Positions 1 to 12,514 of a DNA stretch of 64,000 bases are shown here, piece after piece. Made by a program: the position numbers and the translations under genes. The notes under the pieces are model-generated. The model was given only the letters and a program-made list of their open reading frames with translations, was not told the origin of the DNA and searched no databases. The stretch covers positions 45,136,001-45,200,000 of the forward strand of contig NC_083288.1 of assembly GCF_963506605.1 (NCBI RefSeq). The letters run 5' to 3'. Source of the DNA: Zootoca vivipara. Lineage: Eukaryota. Position 1 is the first letter of the stretch; each line of letters begins with the position of its first letter.

Positions 1-185
1 TTTAAATAATGACAGGAGAAAGAATACTTTTGTAGTGCTTTTAGAGTCTATGGTGCATCAGCAGTAGGGGAACTGCCAAAGTAATCATATTTGTGATGTT
101 ACAGAATCATAGGTTAGGATTCCACCTAGAAGGTCATCCAGTTCACTCCCTTGCAATGCAGAATATCCAGAAGTCTTTGTTGTTT
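1..185 (-). promoter_or_regulatory. Upstream flank of a further V2R gene located left of the window
   Basis: Homologous to about 12880-13060, 24667-24850 and 35337-35610, which begin about 360 bp upstream of each V2R ATG. Confidence 0.7.
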
Positions 186-254
186 TTTATTGGTTTTTAC
201 ATTGTTTTGTTTGTTCTCTCTCTCTCTCTCTTTGTTTTTTAAATCATTATCATT

Positions 255-1160
255 CAGATTTGGAAATATTCATAAGAAGCTTTGGTGGTAAGAAAAGAAC
301 TCACTCTGAAACTCACTTACAGGTGGTACCTAACACCACAGAAACTAACACTAATATGCCCAGGAACCTCACCAAAATGCTGGAGAGGATTCACTTCCAC
401 AGGTACATACCACCACATGTGATGGGAATGTCCTAAAATCCAACCTTTCTGGACATCAATCCTACAAGAAATATGCAAAATAACTAAGCAAGTATTAGAT
501 GTCACCCCAGAACTGGCCATACTAAACATCTCCCAATACAATAATGTCCACTCATAAAACAAAGTGCTCATAACCCACCTGATCTCAGCAGCCAGAAACA
601 TCATAGCCAGACAGTGGAGAGACCTGTCAGGAGTAAGCATAGACCAATGGTATCAAATAGTATGGGGAACAGCCTTATTAGGGGGAAAAAACAATACTGT
701 AAACTGTAATTGACATGGGGGAAATAGAAGAAGCTGCCTTCACCTCGGTATGGTTCCATTTTATCACATACACAGCCCAACAAGCCAACAGCATACGAAT
801 CAATCTGGCTAACCTGATCCAAACACAAACACGCCTTGCTCACACACAAAAACAAATTTCACTACAGCCAATCAAAGACAACCGACCACACCCTTGGCCA
901 CCCCCAACCTCTTTCACCACCAAAGGAATACTAGTGAATAGTAAAGGGAAGCCACACAAGTGACGCTGACACGGACCCCCCCCACTAAGTAGAATAGAAG
1001 CATTGCCACCCGACCTCACCATTCCCCTCCCCCTGCCCCCATTTCTTGCTAATGTAGTCCTCATGTATCAACAAATGATACTGATCGGTAGAAAGTGTAA
1101 CTTGAAAAAAGAGACATTGCACATAGTTTATTAAACGAAGAAATCTTTAATAATATATAT
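255..1160 (+). mobile_element. L1/Tx1-clade LINE 3' fragment (degenerate ORF2 C-terminus plus 3' UTR)
   Basis: Decayed frame YRWYLTP...CWRG...GTYHHM*WECP (L1-type Cys/His knuckle); same family as 32745-33770. Confidence 0.75.
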
Positions 1161-1563
1161 ATATATTTCTTTTTCAAAAAAGATTGGGAGGTGGGGAAGG
1201 AAGCAGGAGGTTCCCTGGATGAAAGGCATGGTAGAAAGGGACTCCCAGAAGAAGTAGGGTCTCAGGTGGGAGATGATAAGGTCTACTTCTCTCTGTTTGA
1301 ATAAATGACTGGATATTTACGATATAAATATGTTAAAGGGCCCATCTTCTCTCTCCCTCTCCTTATTTTTGTGGGTTTCCCCCCCTTTTGATTAGCCTTG
1401 TTCTACAGACTAGGTTGATTCTTATTGTATTCCATTGAAATTTTTCAAATATAATATAATATAATAAATATAAAATAATATAAATATAATATATACGAGA
1501 GAAATTCCAGGTTGGGAAAGCCAAGTGTATGCACTTGTTTGGGTGGTAGTGCACTAAGACATA

Positions 1564-1968
1564 TCCTATATAATAAAGTCCAAGTGTCTCTGCGTCCAGT
1601 TTTCCCGTGTGTCCCTGGGTTACTGCGCATGTGCCCCAGGGACACAGGAATTGGACAGCAGAGACTGCACGTGCGCACTCTCCCCCCCTCTGCCTCCTCC
1701 TCACAACCCTCCCTGGCCTGTGAGAGGAGCGGCGGGAGGCCGCGAAGCAGCGGTGACGAGGTAGGCGTTTGTGTCCCGCATCCTTCCTGTCAGCGGCTTG
1801 GGAAGAGGAACGGAGGAGGAGAAAGCAGCGCTTTCTCCTCCTCCGTTCCTGTCCCCCTGCCGCCGACAGCAAGGACAGGTCCCAGGGTTCGGAGAAGCAC
1901 TGCGCAAGCGCTTCTCCAAACCCCAGGATGTTCTAGCGCCCGTTATTGAACGGGCTGAAATACACTAG
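1564..1968 (+). mobile_element. Non-autonomous Helitron
   Basis: A|TCCTATATAATAAA 5' end; hairpin GCCCGTT-ATTG-AACGGGC (1938-1955) then CTAG|T 3' end; no TSD. Confidence 0.85.
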
Positions 1969-2175
1969 TAGTAAATAACCACAGTTTGAACAAGTAAACT
2001 TAAAACCGAATGAAAATAGCAAAACAGTTCCTGCTAAATAGCATCTAGATGTGTTCACTACTAAAGACAATGCTTAAAAATGAAGCAATTGCAGATCCAA
2101 ATAGACCAATCTCAGCAAGAACATCCAATCCCTCAGAAACTTCTTCTTATTTTGTTCTTGGAGCCTCCTATTCTT

Positions 2176-3412
2176 TTTTTTATAATCTATTTTTATTAAT
2201 TTTCCAATTAAAACACGATTATATCACATTCATTATTTCAAATTATACAAATACATATCAATTAAACCGAATATTATGCCAAATCATATAATATTTTCTG
2301 GAGTTCCCATGCTTCAAAAATTTGGGGATTCCTCGCACCCGTCTATTTTTCTAAAGTCCAAATCTTCACTCAAAATCCAAAATAATCCCGATCTTTCCCC
2401 ACCAGTCACTAAAATATTTTCTTCTTTCATCCGATTTTTTCACAGCTGCTGAAATAAGTATCAAACGAGAGTTCACATATATTCTTCTCCTGTGTGAGTT
2501 TTAATCGTCCTGGCCCCCCCCATATATCTTCTGTCTGGAATGTCCTGTTGCGTCAGCATTTAAACACGGAGCAGCGCCATCTTAAAAAGCTTAGATCACT
2601 TTCTCTTTCTTAAGCTTTTTATTTTTTAAACCAACAATCTTTGTAAAATTTACAGCTTTTCCAGGCAAAGAAACAGCAGTCACATTATGCATAGACTCTT
2701 GATAAGTTTGTGGCTCTCCTTGCCCTGTAGCTGAACTTAGCTTCAGATCGCTGTTCAAATTCAAAGTGCGTCACAACCATAAATCCACCGAACGCATTCC
2801 AGGGACTCCGACCGTCCAGTTAAAGGGGGGCCTCTCTCTTCAGTAGTTTTACAACTTCAAAGGATATGCTCAATAGAATAGTTTATAATTCATTACTCAC
2901 TCAGGTATTCTTTATCTCTCATTTGTTCCAAACAAACAAGGACGTCCCGTCCGGGAAGGTATGGAGTAACTCGTAGAGTATATGAAAAAAAATAAAAAAG
3001 TTCGCTTCCCTTCTCGTTACGTCCCCATCAATCTTTCTTCCAGATAAAATACAGCTTTGACTTCTCGCCCTCAGCAGCTCAAATTCCTTGGCAGTAAACA
3101 GAGCTTCTTCCCCTCCTTCCGAAGCATGTCCATGAATACGCCTAATTATCTTCTTTAATCATGGAGATCCCGCTCTGCAAGTTGGCGTCCGGGAGATCCG
3201 ACATTTCATGAGTGCTCTCAGCCCAGGCCCCCCCCCCACTCCTTGAACAGTCGGAGTGGGTTTGGGGGCATCGCGGGCCCGCGGGCCCTCTCCGTAACCC
3301 CCGGAGAGGTAAGGGGGTTGCCTTTAACTCCCCTGGCAACCGCCGAATTCCTCATGAAGGTCGGAGGGATGGAACAAGGGTCAGCCATTCCTGCAGGCGG
3401 AAGCGGAACCCC
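2176..3412 (-). mobile_element. Short L1-derived (HAL1-like) retroposon
   Basis: 16-bp TSD GGAGCCTCCTATTCTT (2160-2175, 3413-3428), A-tail, GC-rich 5' end GGGGTTCCGCTTCCG. Confidence 0.7.
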
Positions 3413-4283
3413 GGAGCCTCCTATTCTTATTTCATGTTGTTCATCCTCAGTTTCCAAGAGAAATACAATCTCTCTGAAAAACCCTGGCTGACAGCTCTAC
3501 TTGGATATATTGTTTCTCTCCCCTTCTTAGCCAATCAGAATCACAGTAGAACTATGTTTAGATTCCGATTACCCAAAATCTGAAGTTTCTTTTGCTGCAA
3601 TTTTGTCCTTCCTGTGGATCTCCCTTTATCTGTAACCTGTGGAACCCTGTATCCATATGGGTAGCTATGGTGTCAGGGAGCTAGCCAGGACATAGGGTGA
3701 AGGTAGAAATGGGTGAAAAATATTCCAGGGCCCCCCCAAAGAGTCGAGGCCGCACTTGATGAACCCAGACACCTCTGGGATGATCTCATTTCCATCCAGA
3801 AGCAGTTCAAGAGTTGGCCTAATGTCTAATTACTGTCAAACACTCTAATTACACATAGGGCTGGAAGAAGAGTGGGAAGATATGATGTTGCATTTTCTCC
3901 AAATTCAGGATTTGGGGTGTGTGCGTTTAAATACCACAGGGTTCTCTTTTGCAAACAACTTATTTGTGGGGAAGCTGCTTGAGGTTGAGCACCCTTCAAG
4001 ATCTCTGCCCCACTCAACCGTTGAGTGAAGGCAAGAATTCTGTGGGCTGGGGCATCAGGTAGGAAGGAGAATCAGGCAGTCAATCCCCTACATTATCCTG
4101 GGAATACACACTCTCCAGCTCCCAATGGTTTACCCAAATTTGTTTAGGAAAGGCACAGGGGCTCCTGAGCAGAAATGAGGATAGGAAGGCAAAGTAAATT
4201 TTCTGGTAAGGTCTTCATGAGGATATTACCAGGAAAGTGATACATGCCAGCAAATTCAACAGAATGACAAATTCCACTGTCCT

Positions 4284-5185
4284 TTAAACCTTTCTTTGTG
4301 TTAGCTGCTCTCTGTTGTTCAGGTCAGGCCTCATCACAATAATGTAGCATTTAGGGGCAAAAATGCAAGCCAGTAACCCAGCACCAGAAGCAAAGATGGA
4401 GAAGATCTCCACGGCCACCATGTATTTTCCTCTGGTGCTCAGGTAGGTTGGAATGAAGGAGAGCCAAACGCTGCAGAAGACCAGCATGCTGAAGGTGATG
4501 AACTTGGCTTCGTTGAAAGTGTCAGGCAACTTCCTGGCTAGGAAGGCCACCGTGAAGCTGACAGTGGCCAGGAAGCCCATGTAGCCCAAAACACAATAGA
4601 ACATGAGGACTGACCCTTCATTACACAGAAATATGATTTCTTCAGTCATTGAGTGCAGGTCCACATCTGGGAATGGGGGAGAGGTTGCCAGCCAGAGGAC
4701 ACAGATTCCTACTTGAACAATGGAGCAGGAAAACACAATGGAATAAGCCAGTTCTTTGCCTACCCATTTCCTCATATTAGTTCCAGGTTTGGTAGCCATA
4801 AATGCCAAAACCACCAATATGGTTTTGGCTAAGATGCTGGAGAGGGCCACAGAGAAGACAATGCCAAAAGCAGTTTGTCGGAGAAGGCAAGTCACCTTAT
4901 CAGGTTTTCCAATGAACAACAAAGAAGAGAGAAAACACAAGAGGAGGGAGATAAGGAGACCATAGGTGAGGCTTCGGTTGTTGGCTTTGACTATGGCTGT
5001 ATTGCGATGATTGATGAAGATGCCAAGCACCAGAATTGTGATCAGAGAGAATAAAAGTGTAGAGGAAGTTGAAACAATGGCCAGGGTTTCATCCAAGGCT
5101 AGGAAGTTTGGAATCTTAGGAATGCATAGATCCTGGTCTTTGTTTGGATATTGATCTCTTGGACAACTGACACATGTTTCCATGT
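4284..5185 (-). CDS. V2R-1 exon 6 (7TM domain)
   Basis: DMETCVSC...KANNRSLTY...[11 protein letters not shown]...stop; 902 bp. Confidence 0.95.
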
Positions 5186-8100
5186 CTGAAAATAAACAAA
5201 CAATGCATGACATTTTGAAGCATCCAAAACTATTTTAATATTTTGATGGTATCTATAAAGCATTAAAACAACACATCTTTTAATTTAAGCCATCTGTCCT
5301 GCAGCAGTTTAATGTCAACAATACTGACAGGAGCCTAGAGCTTTTGCATTATCTTAAGATGTCATCCCCAACCTTTCTCATTTGAAATCATTCCTTCTGG
5401 ACATTGATCACAATCATAGCAGCAAAACTTCTTTCCCTCCTTCTTTTTCTTCCCATAACCAGGACGGCAGTTGGCATTACATATAGAAAGTGGTGGCACC
5501 TATACAAAGAGATAGGAAGAGTTTAATATTATGATATTGTTTTGGGAAATCTATCCAATATCTTATAGCAGAAAATAGGAGGACGAATAGTGTGAAATGA
5601 TCCATATGTACACAAGCGGCAAATCCCATGGGGTGTTCTTTTGTGGTGGCTCACGGAGGCAGGAATTAAAGGTACCCCATTATAGTGGTTCTGCTTTTAC
5701 CTGCAGAGTCATTAAAGAAACAAGTACTAGGAAATCAGACCATGACCTTTGGGTTGTGGTGTTCTGTTAGGGCCTATTCTGTCTCCTACAATATTTATCA
5801 TCTATATGAAACCCTTAGGAATAATATCCTAGGATCTGCTACATGGTGTCATCTGGATACTGATGATGTGAAGTTCTACCTTTCCATTCCATTGGAACGA
5901 GAGGAGGTGGTGAAGGTGCTGGACAGGTGTCTGGAGGCAGTGATGGAAGTGATCTGGACTGAGTCCTTATAGGAGAGAAATGCTTTGGGTTGGTGGTTCC
6001 AATGCCTGACCTGTTCTGGGTGTTGGGATTTCATTCCTCCGTTGTTGGATATGTGATTGTTTTCATCACATGTCTGTGTTGACATTCCATACTGTTGGAG
6101 TCATGAGAATGGCAGTTCAGTTACACTGTTACGTTAGGTTCTACTATTGTTTTTAGTCTACTCTCTCTTGGAAAAGAAGGAGAGAGAAGCCATGTTTCCT
6201 TTGTTCTGTTACACTTGTATAATAAAGTAGCTTAGATTCCACAACTCAAATGCCAAGCTTCTGCTTGGACTCTGCTAATGTATTGTGTGCATATATCCTC
6301 AGATATAGGGACCCAGGTGGGGCTGTGGTTAAACCACTGAGCCTAGGGCTTGCTGATCAGAAGGTCGGCGGTTCGAATCCCTGTGATGGGGTGAGCTCCC
6401 ATTGCTTGGTCCCAGCTCCTGCCAACCTAGCAGTTCGAAAGCACGTCAAAATGCAAGTAGATAAATAGGAACCGCTACAGCGGGAAGGTAAACGGCGTTT
6501 CCATGTGCTGCTCTGGTTTGCCAGAAGCGGCTTTGTCATGCTGGCCACATGACCTGGAAGCTATACGCCGGCTCCCTCGGCCAATAATGCGAGATGAGCG
6601 CGCAACCCCAGAGTCGGTCACGACTGGACCTAATAGTCAGGGGTCCCTTTACCTTTACCCTCAGATATATGTCGCAGAAGTGCTTTGGGAAAGAAGAGTG
6701 ATGAATCATCCCAAGAGTCGCTTGTGGGGTCGAACGCAGCTGCCTGCCATTTTCCAAGTTGGTTCAGAAGCCCAGGCATGGTTTATACGTACCAACACTG
6801 GGAGGGCTTGCATTCCCCTTGAAGCAAGACAACTGCGATCACTCCTTTATTCAAATTCATCACTAGAGTCTGAAGTGGTTTCTGGTGCTAGCTAGGAGAG
6901 CTTATCTCCTCCTTAGACCTATTCACCAGCTACAACCGCGCCTAGATGTATATGTCCTAAACTTGCATTCATAAAAACTCAAGAAAATTACGAAGTTCAT
7001 TCTCAACCCAAATACTGATACAGCTAGCTTAGTTTTCAATCTAATGCCACTAACTGGAGAAATTGCTCTTCTTAGAGTGAGATGTCTTCTGTGCATGTTG
7101 CTCATTCTGGTATTGTGGCTCATTTGTTTATGTACAGACAGAGCTTCAAGCATTTCTTAAAGGCCAATATTTTTTCCGCTATGCCATGTAATGTAATATT
7201 ATGTACAAAGAAAAGTGCCATTAGCAAAATTGAAGGCCAACAAGCATGGCCTCAGAAACTGAAGGTGCAAACTTAGAGGAAAAGTCACTCTTTCAAATAG
7301 AGTATCTCTCCATCAAAGTACTATCCATCTAGATATGAAAACTTCTTATTTTAACCCATATTTAATTGTGAATTTCAAAGTTAATAATGTATGAAGTGCT
7401 TTTGTTACATCGCATTTTGTGAATAACCACAAATTATGGCATTTCACGGACTGTGCCGTTATTCCCATACCTGAGTGAAGTCTCTGTGCCATTTGATTCT
7501 GTCCTCATTAATGGTGAACTCTTTGCCAGGAGGGGCCTGAGGATCCAACCTTCCCACTTTGACCCTGACATATGATCCATTTCGGAACGTGACCAAGTTA
7601 ATCATATCGAAGCCAGCTGCTAATTCTCCATATTCATTTAATGTAATTTCATCCCCAACACTGTTGTTGAATGAGATTCTCTGCAGGAATGAGTGGAGCT
7701 AAGTGGAAAGAGAATAAAAAGGTCTATAAAGCATTTTAATAGTCTAATTAAAAGTGTTAAATAGCTTTCCAAGATGGAATTAATTCATTTTCCTCTAGGA
7801 GGTAAACAATGAATTAAGTTCACAATGGGGGGGGGGGGAATCCATATTTCAGTTGCACATACAGGAGGAGGAGAAAATCATGAATCAGTGTCAATTCAAC
7901 ATTTGACCGACTTCCATAAAGATATTATGAAGGAGAGTTGAGCCCATAGACCTGCTTGCTTGGGACCTGCCTTTGTCAAGATCCAAGAAAGGGACAGAAT
8001 TGGAGAAGTCCTGTAAGAGAAGCTATGGGAGCTCATGTTCTCAAAGGATAGGAATGCAACATGAGAACGTCTGACTTGACATTTCCTTAGTTTATACATA

Positions 8101-8505
8101 TCAGGGGATTTGAGCATGGTTTCATGAACTTGCTGGATGCAGAAGAGTGGGAGGAAGCAGCAGCTGGGGGACCCCAAAAGGACACGCCAAGGAAAGGAGG
8201 CTCAGAGCCAGGGGATTGGTGGTGGGATGACAATGAGTGGTCAGTGGGAGAAGAGCGAGCAGACTGGGAGGAGGGGTTGTCAGAAATTGAGGAGGTAACA
8301 GGGTTAAGTGAGAAGGAAGAGGCTGTGGCAGATGGCATTCCAGTCTCCGAGGCAGAAGAGGAGGCTGGAGAGAAGCAGGGTTTGAGACAGTGATCAGACA
8401 GTTGTTAGCCCCTTCTGGTGTTAGGCTTCATGGCCAAGAAACCCCTGGTGGTGGGAAGACAGGGACAGGGGCCTTCCTTCCTTTTTTCTCTTTGATAGGC
8501 TGAGG

Positions 8506-8561
<56 letters not shown>

Positions 8562-11500
8562 TTATACCCTGCCTATCTGGATGAGTTTCCGCCAGTCACT
8601 CTGGGTGGCTGATCCCCACCGAAGACTGGGGTTGGGGTCATGGTTTTGCTCCCTCAGAATTATGGGCCTGGGGCCATGGACCCCCCGCCTCCAACTTTCA
8701 CCACTGGGTAACTGGACAGGAAAGAGAGACAGAGAGAATTCCGGAGGGATATGGGGAGAAAATGGAGGGGTTTGCAGTGTGTAGAAGGTGGTTGGCAAAG
8801 GTGCAGTTACCTGTAGTTGTTGGTAGTCTCTTGCTTATGAAAGTCTGTGTTATCTAATGTCTGTTCAGTATCATAGGAAATATTCTAATTTCCATCTTTG
8901 ATTCAATAAAAGATCCTTAGATTTCTTTTTAATTTCTTAAGTTCTATTGTTTTATTTCTTTACTGATAATTAAAAGCCATCTCACATAATTTATCAATGC
9001 AGTGAATGCTTCGTAAAAGGGAACAGTACCTGCCAAGGTTCTACATATTGTGGAGAGATTTCCCTCCCAGCATCTCTTTTCTTGCGAATGACTCCAGCCC
9101 AGTGCTTGCTATTTAAGGCATGTGCCAAAGCATAGACAGCATTATAGATACTGTAGCTTTGCCCAGTCATGCTCATTTCAAAAAATGGTGCAGGAAGTCG
9201 CTCCAGCAACTCCTCTCCAGTACATTCGCGAACTGACACAGTGGAATTTGAAAGTGAACAATCAAATGCGTCTTCCCAGAAATCTTTGATAAAACCATCT
9301 GTGTCTGTCCAATGAGGATGTATATTCTGAAGAAAGTCTTTAAAGTTGTGAATCTCCTTGGAGTGAATTGCAAAGGAGATAGCACCATGGAACATTCGTA
9401 TATTAACAAAAGCTTTTTTTTGAAGGCTATGTAATAGGAAATCAAGTTTGGCTGTTGCAATCCATACTTTTCCTTCATGTGACTTCATATGAGGAAATAG
9501 TAGCTGAGATAACCCCATCACCGTTAAAGCATTTGCCAACCACAGAATAAACCTACTTTCTCCGAATACCAGAACTGCATTGGCTTTGCTGGTTGTGAAA
9601 GTTGGTAACAAAATCCTTGTGTCGTCCACCATTTCCAGAAAGTTACCATTAAAATGCAGATTGAGTTCAATTCTTTCTGTGAATGCTGAACAGATTCCAT
9701 TCTTGAAAAACTTGGCTTCAATTGTCTGTAAGAAATGTTCACCGGCTTCATTAGCTGTAGTCACGAGCCCAACCCATTTCCATTGGAAATGCAGAAGTAA
9801 CTGGATAATTCCCTGATACTGAAGGTCTTCATTGGGGACCATGCGATAAAAGGAAGAGAACTTGGTTCCATCATTTATGGCCGGTTCAAATAAACCATAT
9901 GAAATCTGGAAAAAGCAAAAGCCAAATGTTTCCAAGTGGAAACAAGAACTCATGATATTCAATTTTTTTTCAAATATAAACACACACACACAATATAAAT
10001 GGAATATATACCCCAAATGTACCAAGTTTAGGGACAGCACCAACCCCATCTCATAGAGGAAAACACAGATAATCTTGCTCAATGGCAGGGCTGTCTTAAG
10101 CATATGCGGTTCCGGGGTGCAAAGATCCGCCCGGGGCCTCTCCCCCAGTCCTAGAGGCGCTGGAGGGGGGAGCTGGCTGGCCGCCTCAGCGTCCCCCTGG
10201 CTCAGTCACCCTTGAACTCGCGGCGCAAAAGAACCAACCACGTCGCTCTAACCGATGGGAAGGCTCTTCCCCAGACTGAACTCTCAGGCCCCGGACTCTT
10301 GGCCTGATGCCCCTGAGAGCCCTGTGCCTGGGTACCCCACACCCCTAGCACCTATGGGTAAGACAGCCCTGCTCAATGGTTTCTATATATATATATTTAT
10401 TCTTATGGCATCACCACAGCTTTATACTTGTACACACAGATTATATCCAAGAATAGGGGAACATTTATCATCGCTCATGTAAGTGGATGATTGAACAAAA
10501 CTCCAAAGTGGAGGTGGATCGTGTACTTATGCTCCGTAATCTTTACAGCAGTTGTAGAGAGAGGTTGATTCTCTATCTACTAAGAACTCTCTCAGGAAGG
10601 TTTCCTGGGAAATCATGAAGAGTTCCAAAAGATCATATATGTTATTGTTCTCTGACTACAATAAACCACATCATGTAAAATATCAGTAAAATGGAAATTA
10701 ACGTACCAGCACAAATTAAAACAACTAAACTGAAATCCAACAATGAAGCAAAAAAGCACAATTCACTATATAACTTTGTGAAAGGACAGGTGCCAAATGC
10801 TAAAACAACGTCAAGAAAACAGTGTTTTCAGTTAGCCTCTGAAAGTGAAAAATGTTGATTAACATCATACTTTGGGAAAGGCTATCTTGATTTTTAAAGG
10901 GAGGAACACTTTTAATTAATGAGTTCTAAGTTGTTCATACCTTTGAAGCCATTGTCAATGTTAATAATTGAGTAGCTCACAGGAAGCCAGTGCAGAGTTT
11001 TCAGGACTGATATATATGAACCAGTCTAGGTACCTAGTTTACAAACCTGGCAGCTTTACAGAAATCTTCTATTACATCTATTAAACACAAATTGCCCTTC
11101 TTACACACATTGTTGGATATGGATATTATGGCCCTTTGTCCATTTTTCCACTCCATATATATGAATCAGTAGATTCCTAATGCAAGCAAAGCATGAAATC
11201 TCTGTTTTTCAAAACCCATATTCTACCTGTGGAATCTTGAAAAGACCTAAGACGTTTGCCATGCACCAGGAAGTATCAGAGCTAAGTCCCCCAATGACTC
11301 CTATTACATTTTTCTGGATGCCACACCTGTAGTTGGGAACAAAGTGATGTGATTTAAAGATCAAGTCCAGAGTGTTTCGGTAGGTCAACTTGGAATCATA
11401 ATAGCTGTCATAGATGTGGAAACCGAGAGAGACATTGGGCAACATCCTGGGATTCCCATTGATCTCATCAACAGCAAAGACCAAAGCAAGGATGTGCTGG

Positions 11501-12514
11501 TAGAACTTTGTCAACAACCTGCAAATGAAGTGAGGTTTTGTTTAATGGGAAAATTAAACAGTGCACAGAATCTAGATATGAGAGATTCACCCACCTGCCT
11601 ATAAAGAGAGGGCACGGCCAGCAACGTTTATGTATTTATTTAGACAACCTTTATATAATAGTGTGTCAATAAAAATATATTAAAGTGATTTCTACAGCTG
11701 CTGCAAACTTCATTGACATCTTCGTCAAACTATCTACTAAGACCACAACATCTTATTGATGATTTCTTACAACCAGTTGAGACCCCATGACTGTAGAAGT
11801 GAAATTATTATTATTTTGCTCATCACTTTGCACTTGCTTACAGTGAATTGAATTTGCCATTTTCCTGCCCATGCATTCCCTTTGAAGAGATCATTTTGTT
11901 GCTCTTTGCGACCCATGTTTGTTTTCTCCATCCTGGACATTTTGGTATCATCAGCAAAGTTAAGGACCTCACTGCTTGCCCATTTGTTCCTCTTACGTTT
12001 TTATGACATCCCTTTTATTTTCTCTTGCTCTTTTTCTCTTTTCTCTCTACCTTTATAGAATTTGACAAAGAAAGCTCAGCGTTCATTGGCAGTATATGCA
12101 TAGCCTATGTGCATGGAGATTTCTAATAAAAACGCGCGTGTGTGTGTAGAAAATAGTTCCATTCTTTTTCTAAAAATTTTTTAAAGCTTTTTTTCAACAA
12201 ACCAATCAAAAGTTTTTTCCCGAGTCAAGCATGGCATATAAAGAATACATAAAATAATATTAAGTACCAGTTACTTACAGTGGGGTATCAATGAAGACCT
12301 TGGAAGGGTGTTTATTGAAGGATAAATTGGGGACTATATAACAGATATGAGATGCCATTGCACCAATGACCAGGTCACCTGGCTCATACCACTCGTGTGG
12401 AACATGGACAGGATTATTAGTTGTGCAGTTAACACTTTGTACTTGGGACACCAGATTGGGGAACAGCAGGAGCAGCAGTAGCAACATTCTGATGGCAAAT
12501 ACCCTTGTCTGCAT
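4284..12514 (-). CDS. Vomeronasal type-2 receptor gene 1 (class C GPCR), 6 coding exons: 12279-12514, 11227-11518, 9030-9905, 7471-7698, 5373-5499, 4284-5185; 2661 nt, 886 aa
   Basis: Signal peptide, Venus flytrap motifs ([30 protein letters not shown]), Cys-rich CCYDC, 7TM with [16 protein letters not shown]. All introns are GT-AG and the exons join in frame. Confidence 0.93.
5373..5499 (-). CDS. V2R-1 exon 5 (Cys-rich domain)
   Basis: [42 protein letters not shown]; 127 bp. Confidence 0.9.
6021..6797 (+). mobile_element. Solo LTR (about 415 bp excluding the nested SINE)
   Basis: TGTTGG...CCAACA termini, 5-bp TSD CTGGG, internal AATAAA. Confidence 0.85.
6308..6658 (+). mobile_element. Sauria SINE, full length
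   Basis: tRNA-like head with B box GGTTCGAATCC, ACCTTT-type tail, 11-bp TSD CCTCAGATATA. Confidence 0.9.
7471..7698 (-). CDS. V2R-1 exon 4
   Basis: [18 protein letters not shown]...WHRDFTQ; 228 bp; translated by hand, absent from the ORF track. Confidence 0.9.
8120..8800. repeat. LTR-like interspersed repeat, paralogous to about 19350-19947, with an L2-like 3' end and (AAT)n inserted
   Basis: Shared by V2R-1 and V2R-2 intron 3; family not identified. Confidence 0.45.
8506..8561. repeat. (AAT)n microsatellite, tail of an L2-like fragment on the minus strand
   Basis: Direct observation; adjacent TTTATACCCTGCC matches the reverse complement of about 41010-41025. Confidence 0.9.
9030..9905 (-). 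CDS. V2R-1 exon 3
   Basis: ISYG...VEPWQ; 876 bp. Confidence 0.92.
10086..10371. mobile_element. hAT MITE
   Basis: TIR CAGGGCTGTCTTA/TAAGACAGCCCTG, 8-bp TSD CTCAATGG; empty site in V2R-3 at 32119-32126. Confidence 0.9.
11227..11518 (-). CDS. V2R-1 exon 2
   Basis: [18 protein letters not shown]...KIPQ; 292 bp with AG/GT ends. Confidence 0.92.
12279..12514 (-). CDS. V2R-1 exon 1 (signal peptide)
   Basis: [17 protein letters not shown]...GDLVIG; donor GTAAGT. Confidence 0.85.

Noticed and set aside
6308-6385. tRNA gene
   Set aside because: It is the tRNA-derived head of a Sauria SINE
8124-8393. Acidic 89-aa ORF
   Set aside because: Lies within a repeat; the paralogous copy near 19.4 kb is not kept as the same ORF
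9906-10103. Extension of V2R-1 exon 3 in the 369-aa ORF
   Set aside because: Intronic read-through upstream of the AG acceptor; not open in the paralogs
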